The notes beneath the pieces were generated by a model that saw only the letters and a program-made list of their open reading frames with translations, made no database searches and was not told where the DNA came from. Positions 39,689 to 50,696 of a stretch of 64,000 nt of DNA are shown in pieces. The stretch comes from a virus (lineage: Duplodnaviria; Caudoviricetes): positions 27,035 through 91,034 of IMG/VR virus record IMGVR_UViG_3300020718_000010; one strand, 5' to 3'. The number at the start of each line of letters is the position of its first letter. The stretch's first letter is position 1. The position numbers were made by a program, and so were the translations under genes.

Positions 39689-40302
39689 TAGTTAACTGTT
39701 GGTGGAATATTTGGTGTTCCCATGGGCGCCAAATTATTTAATTCACCCGTGAGATTTGTTGTGTCAATGCTAATTGGCGGTATAGAAAACATTCTGGTTT
39801 TAGCATCAAACAAGTAGCCAGCCTTTACTTCCGAGGTTGCGTCAGTAACGTCTACAACGGTTGGGGCGCTTAGAAAAATTGCAGCCAGTCGCTCATCAGT
39901 AAACAAAACGTCAACCACTTCACCATCAATTACCATTGCAAGTTTTACTGGTGGCACTGCCTGTGGTGTTAATGGCTCAGGCGATGTTGAAGTATTTACT
40001 TGCGGTGGTTCTACTGGGCGAGTATTGTCTGGAACCCCAACAACCGGAATTGAGTATTCACCAATGCCTTCATCCGTTACAGATGCGATAGAAATAGAGT
40101 ATTTTTCTCCATTGGTCAAATTATCAATAGAAATAGATGTTGAGTCCTTGGTAATTGCAATGCTTTTAAGCGTTCCCGCTTCATCAGTTATTGAGATGCT
40201 GTATCCCCCCAAAGATGGGTCAACAATTGGAAGCCAATTTACAATTAGTGCATTATTAGATGGGAAGACTTGAAGATTTTGAGGAGCATTAAGTGTTGAC
40301 AT
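39688..40302 (-). CDS. Fibronectin type III domain + Tfa-like domain protein (204 aa)
   Basis: APQNLQV...LIVNW...YSI...LTNGEKYSISIASV...G.G.YS, then KLAMVIDGEVVDVL..DERLAAIFLS.P.VVDVT. Confidence 0.7.
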   Translation of the reverse strand: MSTLNAPQNLQVFPSNNALIVNWLPIVDPSLGGYSISITDEAGTLKSIAITKDSTSISIDNLTNGEKYSISIASVTDEGIGEYSIPVVGVPDNTRPVEPPQVNTSTSPEPLTPQAVPPVKLAMVIDGEVVDVLFTDERLAAIFLSAPTVVDVTDATSEVKAGYLFDAKTRMFSIPPISIDTTNLTGELNNLAPMGTPNIPPTVN

Positions 40303-40568
40303 TATTGGTCTTTCTTTGTGTCATCGGTTTTGTAAGAAATACTTACTGCGGACCATTTTCCAATTGGGCAAGAAGCATTTGGAAGTTTCACCTTGGCATT
40401 CATAATGCAACCGCATTCGGTGCATTGGTGGGTTAGGGAAACATAGTTAGGACAGGCTTTGCAAATTTCAAAACGCTCATCTGCAACAACCGTAGCCACA
40501 CGACCAATGTTTTTATTCCACAAATCCCAAGGTCTTGCTGGTCGCTCACTTGCTGCTTCGTTTGTCAT
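40302..40568 (-). CDS. Small Cys-rich probable metal-binding protein (88 aa)
   Basis: RFEICKAC...QCTECGC.M.AK.....SCPIGKW. Confidence 0.75.
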   Translation of the reverse strand: MTNEAASERPARPWDLWNKNIGRVATVVADERFEICKACPNYVSLTHQCTECGCIMNAKVKLPNASCPIGKWSAVSISYKTDDTKKDQ

Positions 40569-40570
40569 TT

Positions 40571-41557
40571 TTATACCTGCGCTCGGAAACTGGTGATTGT
40601 TGAACCTTGGCTATTGCTAGTAGGTGCTTTTACTATACCAGCGTATTGACTCTGAAGCCCAATTGTTGGTGAAAAATTTGCCGTTCCCAAAACTGTTGAA
40701 AACCCAGTGTCAGAGTAAGCGGTGGCAATAATTGAGCCAGAATCAGCATTTGCCTGCACTTTAATCGCTACGGCTTGACTACTAAGAGAAACATCATTTG
40801 TAACAGTACTAACTACACCACTTAAATTTTGCAAAATTCTCATGTAATAATTAACAGAACCACAAGATTGGTAACAAGTAGAACAATTGCAAGAAACGCA
40901 ATTACAGGGAACCGCACAAGTGTCACACGAAGTACCCCCACCGGTGCAGGTACAGGTAGTGCCTCCACCGGTACAAGTTGGTGGAATGTCAACGCAAACA
41001 AGAGGGTCGCTTCCACAGCAGTACGCAGCACCTTTTTCACCATAAGCAGTGCAGTTGCAGCCACCACCAGAGCACGACGTGCCTCCACCCGAACAGGTTT
41101 GTGGAGAGGTTACACAAGATTGCGTGCACGGCGTAGTAACGCAATTACACGAAACGTTGCAAGTCTGGCAACAATTGCTGCAGTTGCAAGAATATGGATT
41201 GCACGCATACGTGCTATTTACATTGTAACTTGTTGCAGCGTACCAAGAAGTTCCTAGTGCTGATACCCAAACGGCTACTCCGGTTCCCTCTGAAACAACT
41301 GCACTGGCGGTTTGATTAAAAGAGTTTACATCTATTGCAGAAACCGGATATACAGTTGAGGTTGCATCTGATTGGGCTTGATTGTTTGAGTTTACGTACC
41401 AAGTTCCGGTTATAGAGTTCCATGTAGCACCATTAGTTGATGTTCCTAGGCCACCTTGAGTTGCAGAGCGGGTGAAGTTGTCAGCAAGGATTTTGTGAAA
41501 CGTTTTAAGAAATCCAAATCCTTGTGATGATGAACCGCTAGTTGACGCTAATGGCAT
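40571..41557 (-). CDS. Tip adhesin with a 28-Cys insertion (328 aa)
   Basis: MPLASTSGSSSQGFG leader; beta-rich flanks; 28 Cys in 114 aa (40862-41203). Confidence 0.8.
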   Translation of the reverse strand: MPLASTSGSSSQGFGFLKTFHKILADNFTRSATQGGLGTSTNGATWNSITGTWYVNSNNQAQSDATSTVYPVSAIDVNSFNQTASAVVSEGTGVAVWVSALGTSWYAATSYNVNSTYACNPYSCNCSNCCQTCNVSCNCVTTPCTQSCVTSPQTCSGGGTSCSGGGCNCTAYGEKGAAYCCGSDPLVCVDIPPTCTGGGTTCTCTGGGTSCDTCAVPCNCVSCNCSTCYQSCGSVNYYMRILQNLSGVVSTVTNDVSLSSQAVAIKVQANADSGSIIATAYSDTGFSTVLGTANFSPTIGLQSQYAGIVKAPTSNSQGSTITSFRAQV

Positions 41558-41559
41558 GA

Positions 41560-44500
41560 TTACTTAAAGTAGTTCGTTGAGGCCAAAACTGTGTAGGTAT
41601 TGGCAGCCGTTTTTAATATGGTGAAGTTATAGATGTCAACCGAATTCGCTGCTCCAGCAGCAGTTGGCGCACCCGTTCCACCTTGCCAAATAGGCGTAAC
41701 GGCGTTTCCATCAATTAGGAATCCAGTTGCATAATACAAAGTTGTTGCACCGTTTTTAACAAGAACAGTTACACCAATTGATTGTCCAATTGCAAGAAGC
41801 GTATTTAAAGGAACTGTAGAACCAGCGATACCGGCGGAGAAGTTTAATGCAAATGTATTTGCAGAATTCGAAGTGAAATACCAAATTGAAGAAGCGCCAA
41901 GGTAGATGGTTTGAGTTGCTGTTGGCGCTGCAGTAACAACTTGGAATGCCTCAAGCGGTGCATTCATTGCAACATTTGTTGTTGCTGCTGAATAACCTTG
42001 AGGTCCCTGAGGTAGCGAGAAGTTCAGAATTGCTGAGCCAGCAGTACCTACGTTTGATACTGCAGCCTGAACTCCATATGCAACAGTCGATGTTGTACCA
42101 ATGGTGATTCCCGCTTGGTTTCCTTGGTAACCTTGAGGTAGCCCAAAGTTAAGTACGGATGCACCCGCTGTTCCTGAATTGGAAACTGTTGCCTGAGAAC
42201 CAGAAGCCAGCGTTGTCGTTGTTCCAATTGTGATTCCGCTTTGAGTCCCTTGAAAACCTTGGTAGCCCTGAAATCCTTGATTCCCTTGATTCCCCTGAAA
42301 TCCTTGATTCCCTTGAAAACCTTGTGGGCCTTGCGCTCCAACAAATGCTGCGGTACCAGTAGAACCTTGATTTCCTTGAAAACCTTGAGGCCCTTGGGCT
42401 CCGGTGTAACCCTGTGGTCCTTGAACTAATCCAAAATTAAATGTTGCTGTTCCGTTAGAGTTACCAACCGTAACTTGTGGCGTTGGTGCAACGGTAACCG
42501 TTCCAATTGCGGCGAGTGGTGCTGGTCCTTGATAGCCTTGCGTCCCTTGAACCCCTTGACGGCCTTGTGCCCCTTGAGTTCCCTGAGGTCCACCGTATGC
42601 GCCTTGATACCCTTGTGCCCCTTGAGACCCCTGTGGTCCCTGCGTTCCATTTCCTGAAGCAGAATTGTCAAGCCAAAGAAGAGTTGTATCAACTGGTGCA
42701 ACACCGTTTGCTGATACGTATACGCCTTGTGCACCTTGATACCCTTGAGGCCCTTGGACGGATGCACCTTGACTACCTTGTGTTCCTTGCGCACCAATAT
42801 TTCCCTGAGGACCTTGTAAACCGGTTGAACCTTGAGTTCCGGGGACTCCTTGGTACCCCTGAACAATTGTTGGTGTGGATGTTGTATCCATCCATAGAAT
42901 TCCAGTATTGGTTGGTGCAATGGATTGGTTAACAATTCCCGGGTCACCAGTAAGACCTGTGTAACCTTGATTTCCTTGAGTGCCAGCACCCTGATTTCCT
43001 TGGTAACCTTGAGGTCCTTGAGAACCAGTAGCGCCTTGAACACCTTGGTAACCGGCGCCTTGAACACCTTGATTCCCTTGAACTCCTTGAGTCCCTTGCG
43101 GCCCTTGTGTACCAGAGCCAGTTCCAAGACTTCCGTATCCACCAATGGTGAATTGCCAGTCAGAAAAAGCGCCGCTTCCGTATGAACTTGTGATGTTAAC
43201 TGTAATGCTTGTGTCGGTCACTACATTGGTGATTGTTCCACCCATGTAATAAGAAGTAGAAGCACTAATAACGTCAATTACTGAACCCGGTACGTACGCA
43301 CCTGTGTAGTTTGTGTAGAAGGTAAAAATTCCACTTGCAGCAATTGTGTAAGAAGTGTTTGAAGTTACGTTGTAACCACGTCCGTACGAACCTTGTGTAC
43401 CAACATAACCTTGTGGACCCTGTGAACCAAGTTGTCCTTGGTAACCTTGTGGTCCTTGATTACCGGTTGCACCTTGTGCACCGACATAACCCTGAGCCCC
43501 TTGTGCGCCTTGTGACCCTTGAGGTCCTTGGTAACCAGTTGGTCCTTGCGTTCCAGTATTACCTTGCGTACCTTGTGGCCCAGTTAAACCCTGCGTCCCT
43601 TGATTCCCTTGAGGGCCTTGAACTCCAGTGAAACCTTGGTTACCTTGCGCACCAGTTGAGCCTTGGTAACCCTGATAACCAATTGCACCCTGATAACCAA
43701 TTGGTCCCTGTGAACCAGTGAAACCTTGAACGCCTTGCGCACCGGTGGCACCGGTTGTACCTTGGAATCCTTGATTACCTTGGGCACCAGTTGCACCAAT
43801 TTGACCTTGGTATCCCTGCGTTCCTTGCGAGCCAGTGGCACCAACCGAACCTTGGAAACCTTGATTTCCTTGAGAGCCGGTTATTCCTTGCGTCCCCTGT
43901 GCACCAGTCGCACCAGTTGAACCTTGGTATCCTTGCGTACCTTGCGACCCGGTGGCACCTTGATTTCCTTGCGAACCAGTTGTACCTTGGGAGCCAGTAG
44001 TTCCTTGCGCTCCAGTTGAACCTTGGTTGCCTTGATTGCCCTGAAGACCGGTTGCACCTTGATATCCCTGCGGACCGATTGAACCAGTTTGTCCAATAAC
44101 GCCTTGTGGTCCTTGGTAGCCTTGATACCCTTGGTATCCAATTGAGCCTTGAGCACCAGTTAGACCTTGCGTTCCTTGAGAACCAGTAGCGCCGGTAGAG
44201 CCTTGTGCACCGGTAGAACCTTGCGAACCGGTTTGTCCTTGAGAACCCTGAGACCCTTGTGCACCAGTTGTTCCAGTGGCACCTTGGTTTCCTTGATTTC
44301 CCTGTGAACCAGTTGACCCTTGGTATCCTTGACTTCCTTGCGAGCCAGTTGCGCCTTGGTATCCTTGGTATCCAATTGCACCTTGCGAACCAGTAAAACC
44401 TTGCGCACCCTGTTGCCCCTGTGAACCAGTTGCACCTTGAGAGCCTATTGAACCTTGTGCCCCCTGTGCCCCCTGAGAACCAGTCGCACCTTGTGCACCA

Positions 44501-47154
44501 GCAGCACCCTGCGTTCCATTAGTTCCGGAGATTCCTTGAAAACCTTGTGCACCATTAGAGCCTTGTGCGCCCTGACCCCCTTGAGGTCCCTGAGCCCCTT
44601 GTGCACCAGTTTCGGTGTACATGACTTGTTGCACGGTAACAATCATTGAAGGTGTAAGAGGTGCAAAAGAAGTTGCAGCGAGAGTTACTATTTTAATTGA
44701 TAAATCGGTTGTCGCCCAACGGAATTTTACGTATTCATTAGCGGTTGTAGTGGTGATTAGGTAATTCCACGATTGAATAATTGCGTAGTTGTTACCTGCT
44801 AGTTGAACATCACCGGCAGAGGCGGCAACATCTGTTCCATTTTGATTAATCCAAACATACGCATTACCAGTTCCACCAGAGTTTCTAATAAACTGAGCAG
44901 AAAATTGAACGTTGTAAACACCGGGACTTGCAATAATAATATTTGGTGTTGTTAAGGATATTCCGCTTGTGTCACCAAAACTATTTAGATTTATGTCATA
45001 GGCAGTATTTACTACTGCGGCAGATTGTGTTGTTGTATCCCAGAACGAACCGTAGTAACCATGGGCGCCACCAACACCCTGTGGTCCTTGATAACCCTGA
45101 GGTCCAATTCCACCTGTTTCCGCAAAGTGAATATTGTCTGTTCCAATTATAATACTTAAGTCAGAAAGAGAACCGTAATCAATTTGCGTCCAAGTAGTGC
45201 CTGCGTACAAAGTTCCATTGGTACAAAAAACATAGTCACCAACAGAAACTTCACCTTGATTGCTATTGTCATAGTCTGAAGCACGAGTAAGAATCCACTT
45301 GGCACTTGTTCCACCAGAATTTGTTACGAGGTAAATACCGTTACGAGTTTGTGGGGTTTGATTATTTACCAGTACACGTTGACCAACTGCTGGGTTAACA
45401 CCATCGATGGTTAAAACACCATTTGCCGATGCCGTTAGTGTTGCGCCAATACCGTAACCACCATCTGCTCCAAGTGTTCCTGCTACGTAAACGCCAGAGT
45501 TTGTTACTCCTGAATAGTCAACTGCAACAACTGCGGCGTGTGCGTTAAGAGAAGACGCTGCACCCTGAACACCTTGGGGTCCCTGCAGTCCAGTAACACC
45601 TTGTGGTCCAGTTTGACCTTGGTACCCTTGGTAACCTTGGCTTCCAGTCGCACCTTGGCTTCCTGTTGCTCCTTGGTAACCCGTTGAACCTTGACTTCCA
45701 GTTGAGCCTTGATATCCCTGAGGCCCCTGAAGACCAGTTGCACCCTGAGAGCCAGTTGTTCCTTGTAGCCCCTGAGAACCTTGCGGTCCAGTTGCGCCTT
45801 GAGAACCGGTTGCGCCTTGTGAGCCAGTTGTTCCTTGCGTCCCTTGAAAACCTTGATTCCCTTGCGCTCCAGTTGCACCCTGTGTTCCCGTTAAACCTTG
45901 AACACCAGTTGCTCCTTGGTACCCCTGTGAACCCTGTGGACCAGTAAGACCTTGAGCACCAGTTGAACCAGTGCTTCCTTGTGTTCCTTGAACGCCGGTT
46001 GCTCCAGTTACGCCTTGAAAACCTTGATAGCCTTGAGCCCCTTGGCTTCCGGTTGCACCTTGTGAACCAGTTGAACCTTGAAAACCTTGTGAGCCTTGTG
46101 CACCAGTAGAACCCTGCGTTCCAGTTGAGCCTTGCGTTCCTTGAACACCTTGCGCACCCGTGGAACCAGTGAGGCCTTGATTGCCTTGAGAACCTTGAGC
46201 ACCTTGCGAACCAGTTGAACCAATTGGTCCTTGTGCTCCGGTGGAACCTTGTGAACCCGTTAAACCTTGAGGACCAGTTGAACCTTGTGTACCCGTAGAC
46301 CCCTGCGCACCCGTGCTCCCCTGCGCACCCGTGGAGCCTTGGCTTCCAGTTGAGCCTTGACTTCCTGTTGAGCCTTGCGAACCCGTAGAACCTTGTGGTC
46401 CTGTGGAACCTGTTGAGCCTTGATAGCCTTGCGCTCCTTGACTTCCTGTTGAACCAGTATTACCTTGTGGTCCCTGCAAACCTGTTGAGCCTTGTGAACC
46501 AGTATTACCTTGATTTCCTTGAGGACCAGTGTTACCAGTTAGACCTTGATTTCCTTGTGAGCCTTGGCTCCCTTGATACCCTTGTTGCCCTTGACTTCCG
46601 GTTACACCTTGCGTCCCTTGTGGTCCGGTCTGCCCTTGGTAACCCTGTGCACCTTGTGTCCCTTGGTATCCACCAGTTGCCCAGTAAGCAGTAGTTCCGT
46701 CTGATGCTAGAAACTTTCCTTGGGGGCCAATTGGAAGTCTGCTGAATTGGTTCGCTTGTGAACCAATGATGAGGTCACCTTGCGATTGGACTTTTCCAAT
46801 TGTGTTCCATACCGCAGCGTTTGCTTCAGCAATGTCAATTGCAGTAATAATTGGAACAACGATTGCATTTATTGAGTGTGGCTCGGCAACGGTGCCGTCA
46901 ATTCCACGAGTTACTCCAGTAAGGGTAACCGTAAGACCAGTCCAGTTGTAAGAACCGGCTGGTACGTAAATCTTTTCTTCGGCGGCATTTCCAAAATCGA
47001 TGGCGAGGTAGAAACCATTAGTTCCAAGACCCGACCAACCACCGGTCGTATTTGTAAGAACGATTGTGGTGTCAGAACTGCCAATAGCCGTGTAGAGATA
47101 GGCGTTCGGGGCGGCCCCGACGTAACTATTCTGAGAGTAGGCAACCCTTGACAC
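41560..47154 (-). CDS. Giant collagen-like fibre protein (1,864 aa)
   Basis: N-terminal domain shared with 50696..52702; two long Gly-X-Y runs; C-terminal tip-docking domain ending [11 protein letters not shown]. Confidence 0.9.
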   Translation of the reverse strand: MSRVAYSQNSYVGAAPNAYLYTAIGSSDTTIVLTNTTGGWSGLGTNGFYLAIDFGNAAEEKIYVPAGSYNWTGLTVTLTGVTRGIDGTVAEPHSINAIVVPIITAIDIAEANAAVWNTIGKVQSQGDLIIGSQANQFSRLPIGPQGKFLASDGTTAYWATGGYQGTQGAQGYQGQTGPQGTQGVTGSQGQQGYQGSQGSQGNQGLTGNTGPQGNQGNTGSQGSTGLQGPQGNTGSTGSQGAQGYQGSTGSTGPQGSTGSQGSTGSQGSTGSQGSTGAQGSTGAQGSTGTQGSTGPQGLTGSQGSTGAQGPIGSTGSQGAQGSQGNQGLTGSTGAQGVQGTQGSTGTQGSTGAQGSQGFQGSTGSQGATGSQGAQGYQGFQGVTGATGVQGTQGSTGSTGAQGLTGPQGSQGYQGATGVQGLTGTQGATGAQGNQGFQGTQGTTGSQGATGSQGATGPQGSQGLQGTTGSQGATGLQGPQGYQGSTGSQGSTGYQGATGSQGATGSQGYQGYQGQTGPQGVTGLQGPQGVQGAASSLNAHAAVVAVDYSGVTNSGVYVAGTLGADGGYGIGATLTASANGVLTIDGVNPAVGQRVLVNNQTPQTRNGIYLVTNSGGTSAKWILTRASDYDNSNQGEVSVGDYVFCTNGTLYAGTTWTQIDYGSLSDLSIIIGTDNIHFAETGGIGPQGYQGPQGVGGAHGYYGSFWDTTTQSAAVVNTAYDINLNSFGDTSGISLTTPNIIIASPGVYNVQFSAQFIRNSGGTGNAYVWINQNGTDVAASAGDVQLAGNNYAIIQSWNYLITTTTANEYVKFRWATTDLSIKIVTLAATSFAPLTPSMIVTVQQVMYTETGAQGAQGPQGGQGAQGSNGAQGFQGISGTNGTQGAAGAQGATGSQGAQGAQGSIGSQGATGSQGQQGAQGFTGSQGAIGYQGYQGATGSQGSQGYQGSTGSQGNQGNQGATGTTGAQGSQGSQGQTGSQGSTGAQGSTGATGSQGTQGLTGAQGSIGYQGYQGYQGPQGVIGQTGSIGPQGYQGATGLQGNQGNQGSTGAQGTTGSQGTTGSQGNQGATGSQGTQGYQGSTGATGAQGTQGITGSQGNQGFQGSVGATGSQGTQGYQGQIGATGAQGNQGFQGTTGATGAQGVQGFTGSQGPIGYQGAIGYQGYQGSTGAQGNQGFTGVQGPQGNQGTQGLTGPQGTQGNTGTQGPTGYQGPQGSQGAQGAQGYVGAQGATGNQGPQGYQGQLGSQGPQGYVGTQGSYGRGYNVTSNTSYTIAASGIFTFYTNYTGAYVPGSVIDVISASTSYYMGGTITNVVTDTSITVNITSSYGSGAFSDWQFTIGGYGSLGTGSGTQGPQGTQGVQGNQGVQGAGYQGVQGATGSQGPQGYQGNQGAGTQGNQGYTGLTGDPGIVNQSIAPTNTGILWMDTTSTPTIVQGYQGVPGTQGSTGLQGPQGNIGAQGTQGSQGASVQGPQGYQGAQGVYVSANGVAPVDTTLLWLDNSASGNGTQGPQGSQGAQGYQGAYGGPQGTQGAQGRQGVQGTQGYQGPAPLAAIGTVTVAPTPQVTVGNSNGTATFNFGLVQGPQGYTGAQGPQGFQGNQGSTGTAAFVGAQGPQGFQGNQGFQGNQGNQGFQGYQGFQGTQSGITIGTTTTLASGSQATVSNSGTAGASVLNFGLPQGYQGNQAGITIGTTSTVAYGVQAAVSNVGTAGSAILNFSLPQGPQGYSAATTNVAMNAPLEAFQVVTAAPTATQTIYLGASSIWYFTSNSANTFALNFSAGIAGSTVPLNTLLAIGQSIGVTVLVKNGATTLYYATGFLIDGNAVTPIWQGGTGAPTAAGAANSVDIYNFTILKTAANTYTVLASTNYFK
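43384..44607 (-). repeat. Collagen-like run 2 (~136 Gly-X-Y triplets)
   Basis: Uninterrupted GXQ/GXT/GXI triplets; 9-nt periodicity. Confidence 0.9.
45556..46671 (-). repeat. Collagen-like run 1 (~124 Gly-X-Y triplets)
   Basis: Uninterrupted GXQ/GXT triplets, including tandem GSTGSQ and GSTGAQ units. Confidence 0.9.
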
Positions 47155-47257
47155 TATTTCACCGTATCTTGGCTAGTTGATTCCAAAAAGTGCCTAGCCA
47201 TGCGTAAATCTTACACGAGGGTTTTTTATTTTCCCTTGTGCTATATGGCGATACAGG

Positions 47258-48493
47258 TTAGAAGTCCAGTTGTCCGCCGTAACGGTTATTTGGGTCTTTT
47301 AGGGCAATGAGGTTTGCTGAAACATATGAGATATTCACTTGGCGGTGCCACTCATTTGGAAAGTATGTCATCAGGCGGCTGCGTTGAAACTTTGCCTTAA
47401 TTGCTGGAACATACTTACGGTGGCTTTCGCTGGTGAAATACCAAAACGAGTTTTCATTGTAAAAAGCAACGTGTGTTGGGTCTTGGAATGCTCCACGGCC
47501 ATCTGTTGATGGGGTGAAACTAAGAATCATTCCGCCCTCTGCCAAAACTCTGTACATCTCGTTAAACAATTCAATCTTGTTTTCGATGTGCTCCAAAAAG
47601 TCAACAGCACGGATTACTCCAACGCTTCCATCATCAAACGATGAAAGAATTTCAAAAACATCGCCAATGTAATCAGCGGGCGCTTCAATGTCTACCGTTA
47701 CGTAACCGGGGGCGGGGTTGTGTGCGCCACCAAGGTCTAGGCATTCCAAATCATTTTCGGTTGCCCATTTTAAAATCATCAGTTCAATGTACTTGGCGTA
47801 AACGTTGTGTGTCTCTTGCTGAATCTTTGCATTGAGGTCAGCCTTGGCCTGAGAATTTTCAGTGTGTACACGCTGCAGGTAAAGGTTCTTTGGAATGTGG
47901 TAGAAATCTGAAGCAAGGTACATACGGCAAATGATGTCTTGGTCGTCCAAAACTTCCATAGTTACGTCGTAGCCGCCAATGTCATCGTAAACAGATTTAC
48001 GGAATGCTCTTACATGGTTTGGGGCGTACCAAACATAGGCAAGGTTTGCAGGGTGGTGAGAAAGCGATTTGCATACGTGGTAGCCGTGCTCATCATCGTA
48101 GAACTCCCAACCGTGCGTCGTATCAAACTCAACAAGGTTTGGTGTTCCGTCTTCATTGATTTGAGCAAAATCAGAATAAACAAATCCAACGTTTTCATTT
48201 TCCTCAAAAGCCTTAACAATTTCTTCTAAAGCGTTTGGTGAAAGAAGGTCATCGTGGTCAAACTCAACCAAGTATTCGCCAGTACAAAGAGCGGCGGCTT
48301 CGTTTTTCAGAAGACCAATCAAAGCAGAAGAATCGCTTTCGTAAAGTTTTACCCTTGCATCATCGCAGGTCCATGTGGCGCCGTTGTTTAAAAGAACGAC
48401 CCACTCCCAGTCTGAGTAGGTTTGATTAACGAGCGACTCAAGTGCTGCGTCAAGATACTTGCTGTTGTGGCTTGGAGTGAAGAGACTTATCAT
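47258..48493 (-). CDS. GT2-family glycosyltransferase fused to a class I SAM methyltransferase (411 aa)
   Basis: GT-A motifs ISLFTPSHN, LESLVNQTY.DWEWVV, EFDHDD, IGGYD...DDQD; methyltransferase motifs LDLGG, DFLEHI, EMYRVL..GG, DPTH. Confidence 0.88.
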   Translation of the reverse strand: MISLFTPSHNSKYLDAALESLVNQTYSDWEWVVLLNNGATWTCDDARVKLYESDSSALIGLLKNEAAALCTGEYLVEFDHDDLLSPNALEEIVKAFEENENVGFVYSDFAQINEDGTPNLVEFDTTHGWEFYDDEHGYHVCKSLSHHPANLAYVWYAPNHVRAFRKSVYDDIGGYDVTMEVLDDQDIICRMYLASDFYHIPKNLYLQRVHTENSQAKADLNAKIQQETHNVYAKYIELMILKWATENDLECLDLGGAHNPAPGYVTVDIEAPADYIGDVFEILSSFDDGSVGVIRAVDFLEHIENKIELFNEMYRVLAEGGMILSFTPSTDGRGAFQDPTHVAFYNENSFWYFTSESHRKYVPAIKAKFQRSRLMTYFPNEWHRQVNISYVSANLIALKDPNNRYGGQLDF

Positions 48494-48531
48494 TTGAACA
48501 CCCTACCCCGTTTTAGGGTTGAATGCTCGTT

Positions 48532-48756
48532 TTATTGTTCAATTGGCGGGGTAAAGTTTTCCCCGTCGTAATCCCATCCAGTGTCGGGGCGTATGGGCAA
48601 CGTACTTACATCTATAACTTTTGTTGCTGAAGTCATAATTCCAGCAAGCATTTGGTCTGTATTTAGAACCAATGCAACCCTTGAACCATTGATAAAAGCA
48701 ACAGCAAAAGGATTTGCCGCCATTGGTGTCTGTGGTATTTCTTGCTGGTCTGACAT
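48532..48756 (-). CDS. Small Tfa-like protein (74 aa)
   Basis: FAVAFING.RVALVL.TD..LA.IM.....IDV...P..GWDYDGENFTPP. Confidence 0.6.
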   Translation of the reverse strand: MSDQQEIPQTPMAANPFAVAFINGSRVALVLNTDQMLAGIMTSATKVIDVSTLPIRPDTGWDYDGENFTPPIEQ

Positions 48757-48764
48757 TTTTCTCC

Positions 48765-50696
48765 TTAGTTGGTTAGGGCGTTTGAGCCTTGTGGTGGTGA
48801 GTTGCTCATTTTACGGCCGCCTCCCCACACTATACGAACCATTCCTGTGCCGCCACTACCTCCATTGTACGTACCGCTGGACCTTGCGCCACCAGCGCCA
48901 ACGGTTACTGTGTAACTGGCGCTTGTCATTGACGTATATAGAGTATTGGTGGTGCTTGCCATTGTTCCACCACCGCCACCGCCGGGATAAGTTCCAGAAG
49001 CATTACCACATCCACCACCACCACCAAAACTTTGACCATTTCCACCACTTGAGTTGTTTACATAGCCGCCATCTCTACCGGTAGCACTTACAACGTTATA
49101 TGGACTGGTTCCATAGCCTCCGTGACCAACGTTTCCGCTAACCGCACCATCTGCGTAGTTTGCAGAGTTTCCAAGTGAGTCAAAATAAAAGGCGCCCTGA
49201 CCACCTGCCGTTGTGGCCGTATTGGTAGAAGTTCCTCCTCCTGTTCCACCGGGTGCAGTAGATATTCCTGCAATAGAAGAACTGCCCCCTGCCTTACCTG
49301 TGTAATAAGACGGGCTGTATCCGGCACCGCCACCGCCACCGCCTACACACATGAATGCAACGCTAGGCTGAATCCCAAGTGGGCCTGTTGGGACGGTAAA
49401 TGTGTAGGTTCCAGCAACCGAGTAAAGGTGCTCACCATAACCTTCGGCATAAACATTTGTTGATGTTGAAGAATAAAGGCCTGAAGTATTTCCAGTGGCA
49501 GTTACCGTAAGGGTGTAACCAGTTGGGTTTGGTCCATTTATAGCAACGGTTCCACTAACAACGCCATTTGCAGCAACTGCCATTCCTCCATAACCAGAGG
49601 TTGTTGAAAGTGCGGTACCACTTGCAGAAAATGTATAGGTTTCAGAAGCGCCAGTACTTGAAGCGGTTGCTGTTCCCGTCCACGCTGCCCCAATCGTTGC
49701 ATAACTTGATTGATAACCAAGACTAGAAAGACTAACGGTTGGTGCAACATAACTTGGATTAGGGGTAACCGAATTGCTGTTCGTTGAATAAGCAGAACTT
49801 CCTGCTCCGTTAGATGCAAGAACTTTAAACGTGTAACCATTTCCTTGGGTATACGTTTCTGTGATTGTTATTGGGCTGCTTGTTCCGGAAGCCGTTGCAC
49901 CCGTAACATTGTCATAAACCAAATACGTGGTTGCTGGTGAACTGCTTGTTATAGAACCAGCAGTAAACGCAACGGAAACCTGAGTATTGCTTACACGTGT
50001 TGCTGTTCCTATTGTTGGAGCAGTAGGAATTGTAAATGGCGTTACTTGGTTAGATGCTCCACTATTGGGTCCTTGGCCAGATGCGTTAATTGCCGCAACA
50101 GAAAATGTGTATGCAGTTAGTGCTGCAGCGTTTGTGACGGTGACAGTTGTTGATGTGTATGGGTACGCAATGGTTCCCCAAGGTACTCCATAATTATCAA
50201 ATACCTTATAACTGGTTGGAGTATTTCCATTTGTAATTGTTGGTGCCGACCAAGAAACGGTTATACCAGCAGAACCAGTTGAACTTGCGGAGTTTACATA
50301 TGTGCTGATTGAGGCACTTCCAATTGTTGGCGCCGCTGGCGGGTTATTTGGATAAACAGTGCTGCTATTTCCGCTGTATGCGCTTGAGCCTGCGGTGTTT
50401 GAAGCGATGACGGTAAACCAGTAAGCAGTATTTGCTGAGCAATTTACATTAAATGTAGAAGTGTTTGTACCAAAAGCAATTGGACCAGAAACCAAAGTGT
50501 TGCCAGAAGAATTGTTCAAATATACGTAGTAATTGGTTGGCTGGTTTTGCGTTGTATACGAAGGTGCGGACCATGTAACGGTAACGCCTGCCGGTAAACC
50601 ATAACTATTTATAGTAACAGTACCAATTGTTGGTGCATTTGGTCTTGTGAAAAGGTGATTCGTTTTGGACGAAGCAACCACGCCCGGGTAAATCAT
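48765..50696 (-). CDS. Fibronectin type III / Ig-like / glycine-rich adhesin (643 aa; start reassigned to MIYPGVVASS)
   Basis: TAATG overlap at 50694-50698; three P.APTIG.....V.W/F...Y.V.....Y.F.V.A.N..G repeats; C-terminal GGGGGG domain ending GMVRIVWG. Confidence 0.8.
   Translation of the reverse strand: MIYPGVVASSKTNHLFTRPNAPTIGTVTINSYGLPAGVTVTWSAPSYTTQNQPTNYYVYLNNSSGNTLVSGPIAFGTNTSTFNVNCSANTAYWFTVIASNTAGSSAYSGNSSTVYPNNPPAAPTIGSASISTYVNSASSTGSAGITVSWSAPTITNGNTPTSYKVFDNYGVPWGTIAYPYTSTTVTVTNAAALTAYTFSVAAINASGQGPNSGASNQVTPFTIPTAPTIGTATRVSNTQVSVAFTAGSITSSSPATTYLVYDNVTGATASGTSSPITITETYTQGNGYTFKVLASNGAGSSAYSTNSNSVTPNPSYVAPTVSLSSLGYQSSYATIGAAWTGTATASSTGASETYTFSASGTALSTTSGYGGMAVAANGVVSGTVAINGPNPTGYTLTVTATGNTSGLYSSTSTNVYAEGYGEHLYSVAGTYTFTVPTGPLGIQPSVAFMCVGGGGGGAGYSPSYYTGKAGGSSSIAGISTAPGGTGGGTSTNTATTAGGQGAFYFDSLGNSANYADGAVSGNVGHGGYGTSPYNVVSATGRDGGYVNNSSGGNGQSFGGGGGCGNASGTYPGGGGGGTMASTTNTLYTSMTSASYTVTVGAGGARSSGTYNGGSGGTGMVRIVWGGGRKMSNSPPQGSNALTN

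Noticed and set aside
41560-47154. Dense short DNA repeats as a CRISPR array or satellite
   Set aside because: The 9-nt periodicity is fully explained by Gly-X-Y codons in an open frame; there is no repeat-spacer structure.
47170-47200. TGGCTAG-N17-CTAGCCA inverted repeat before the giant collagen gene
   Set aside because: Only 7 bp, long loop, no U-tract, and no second copy noticed; too weak to call.
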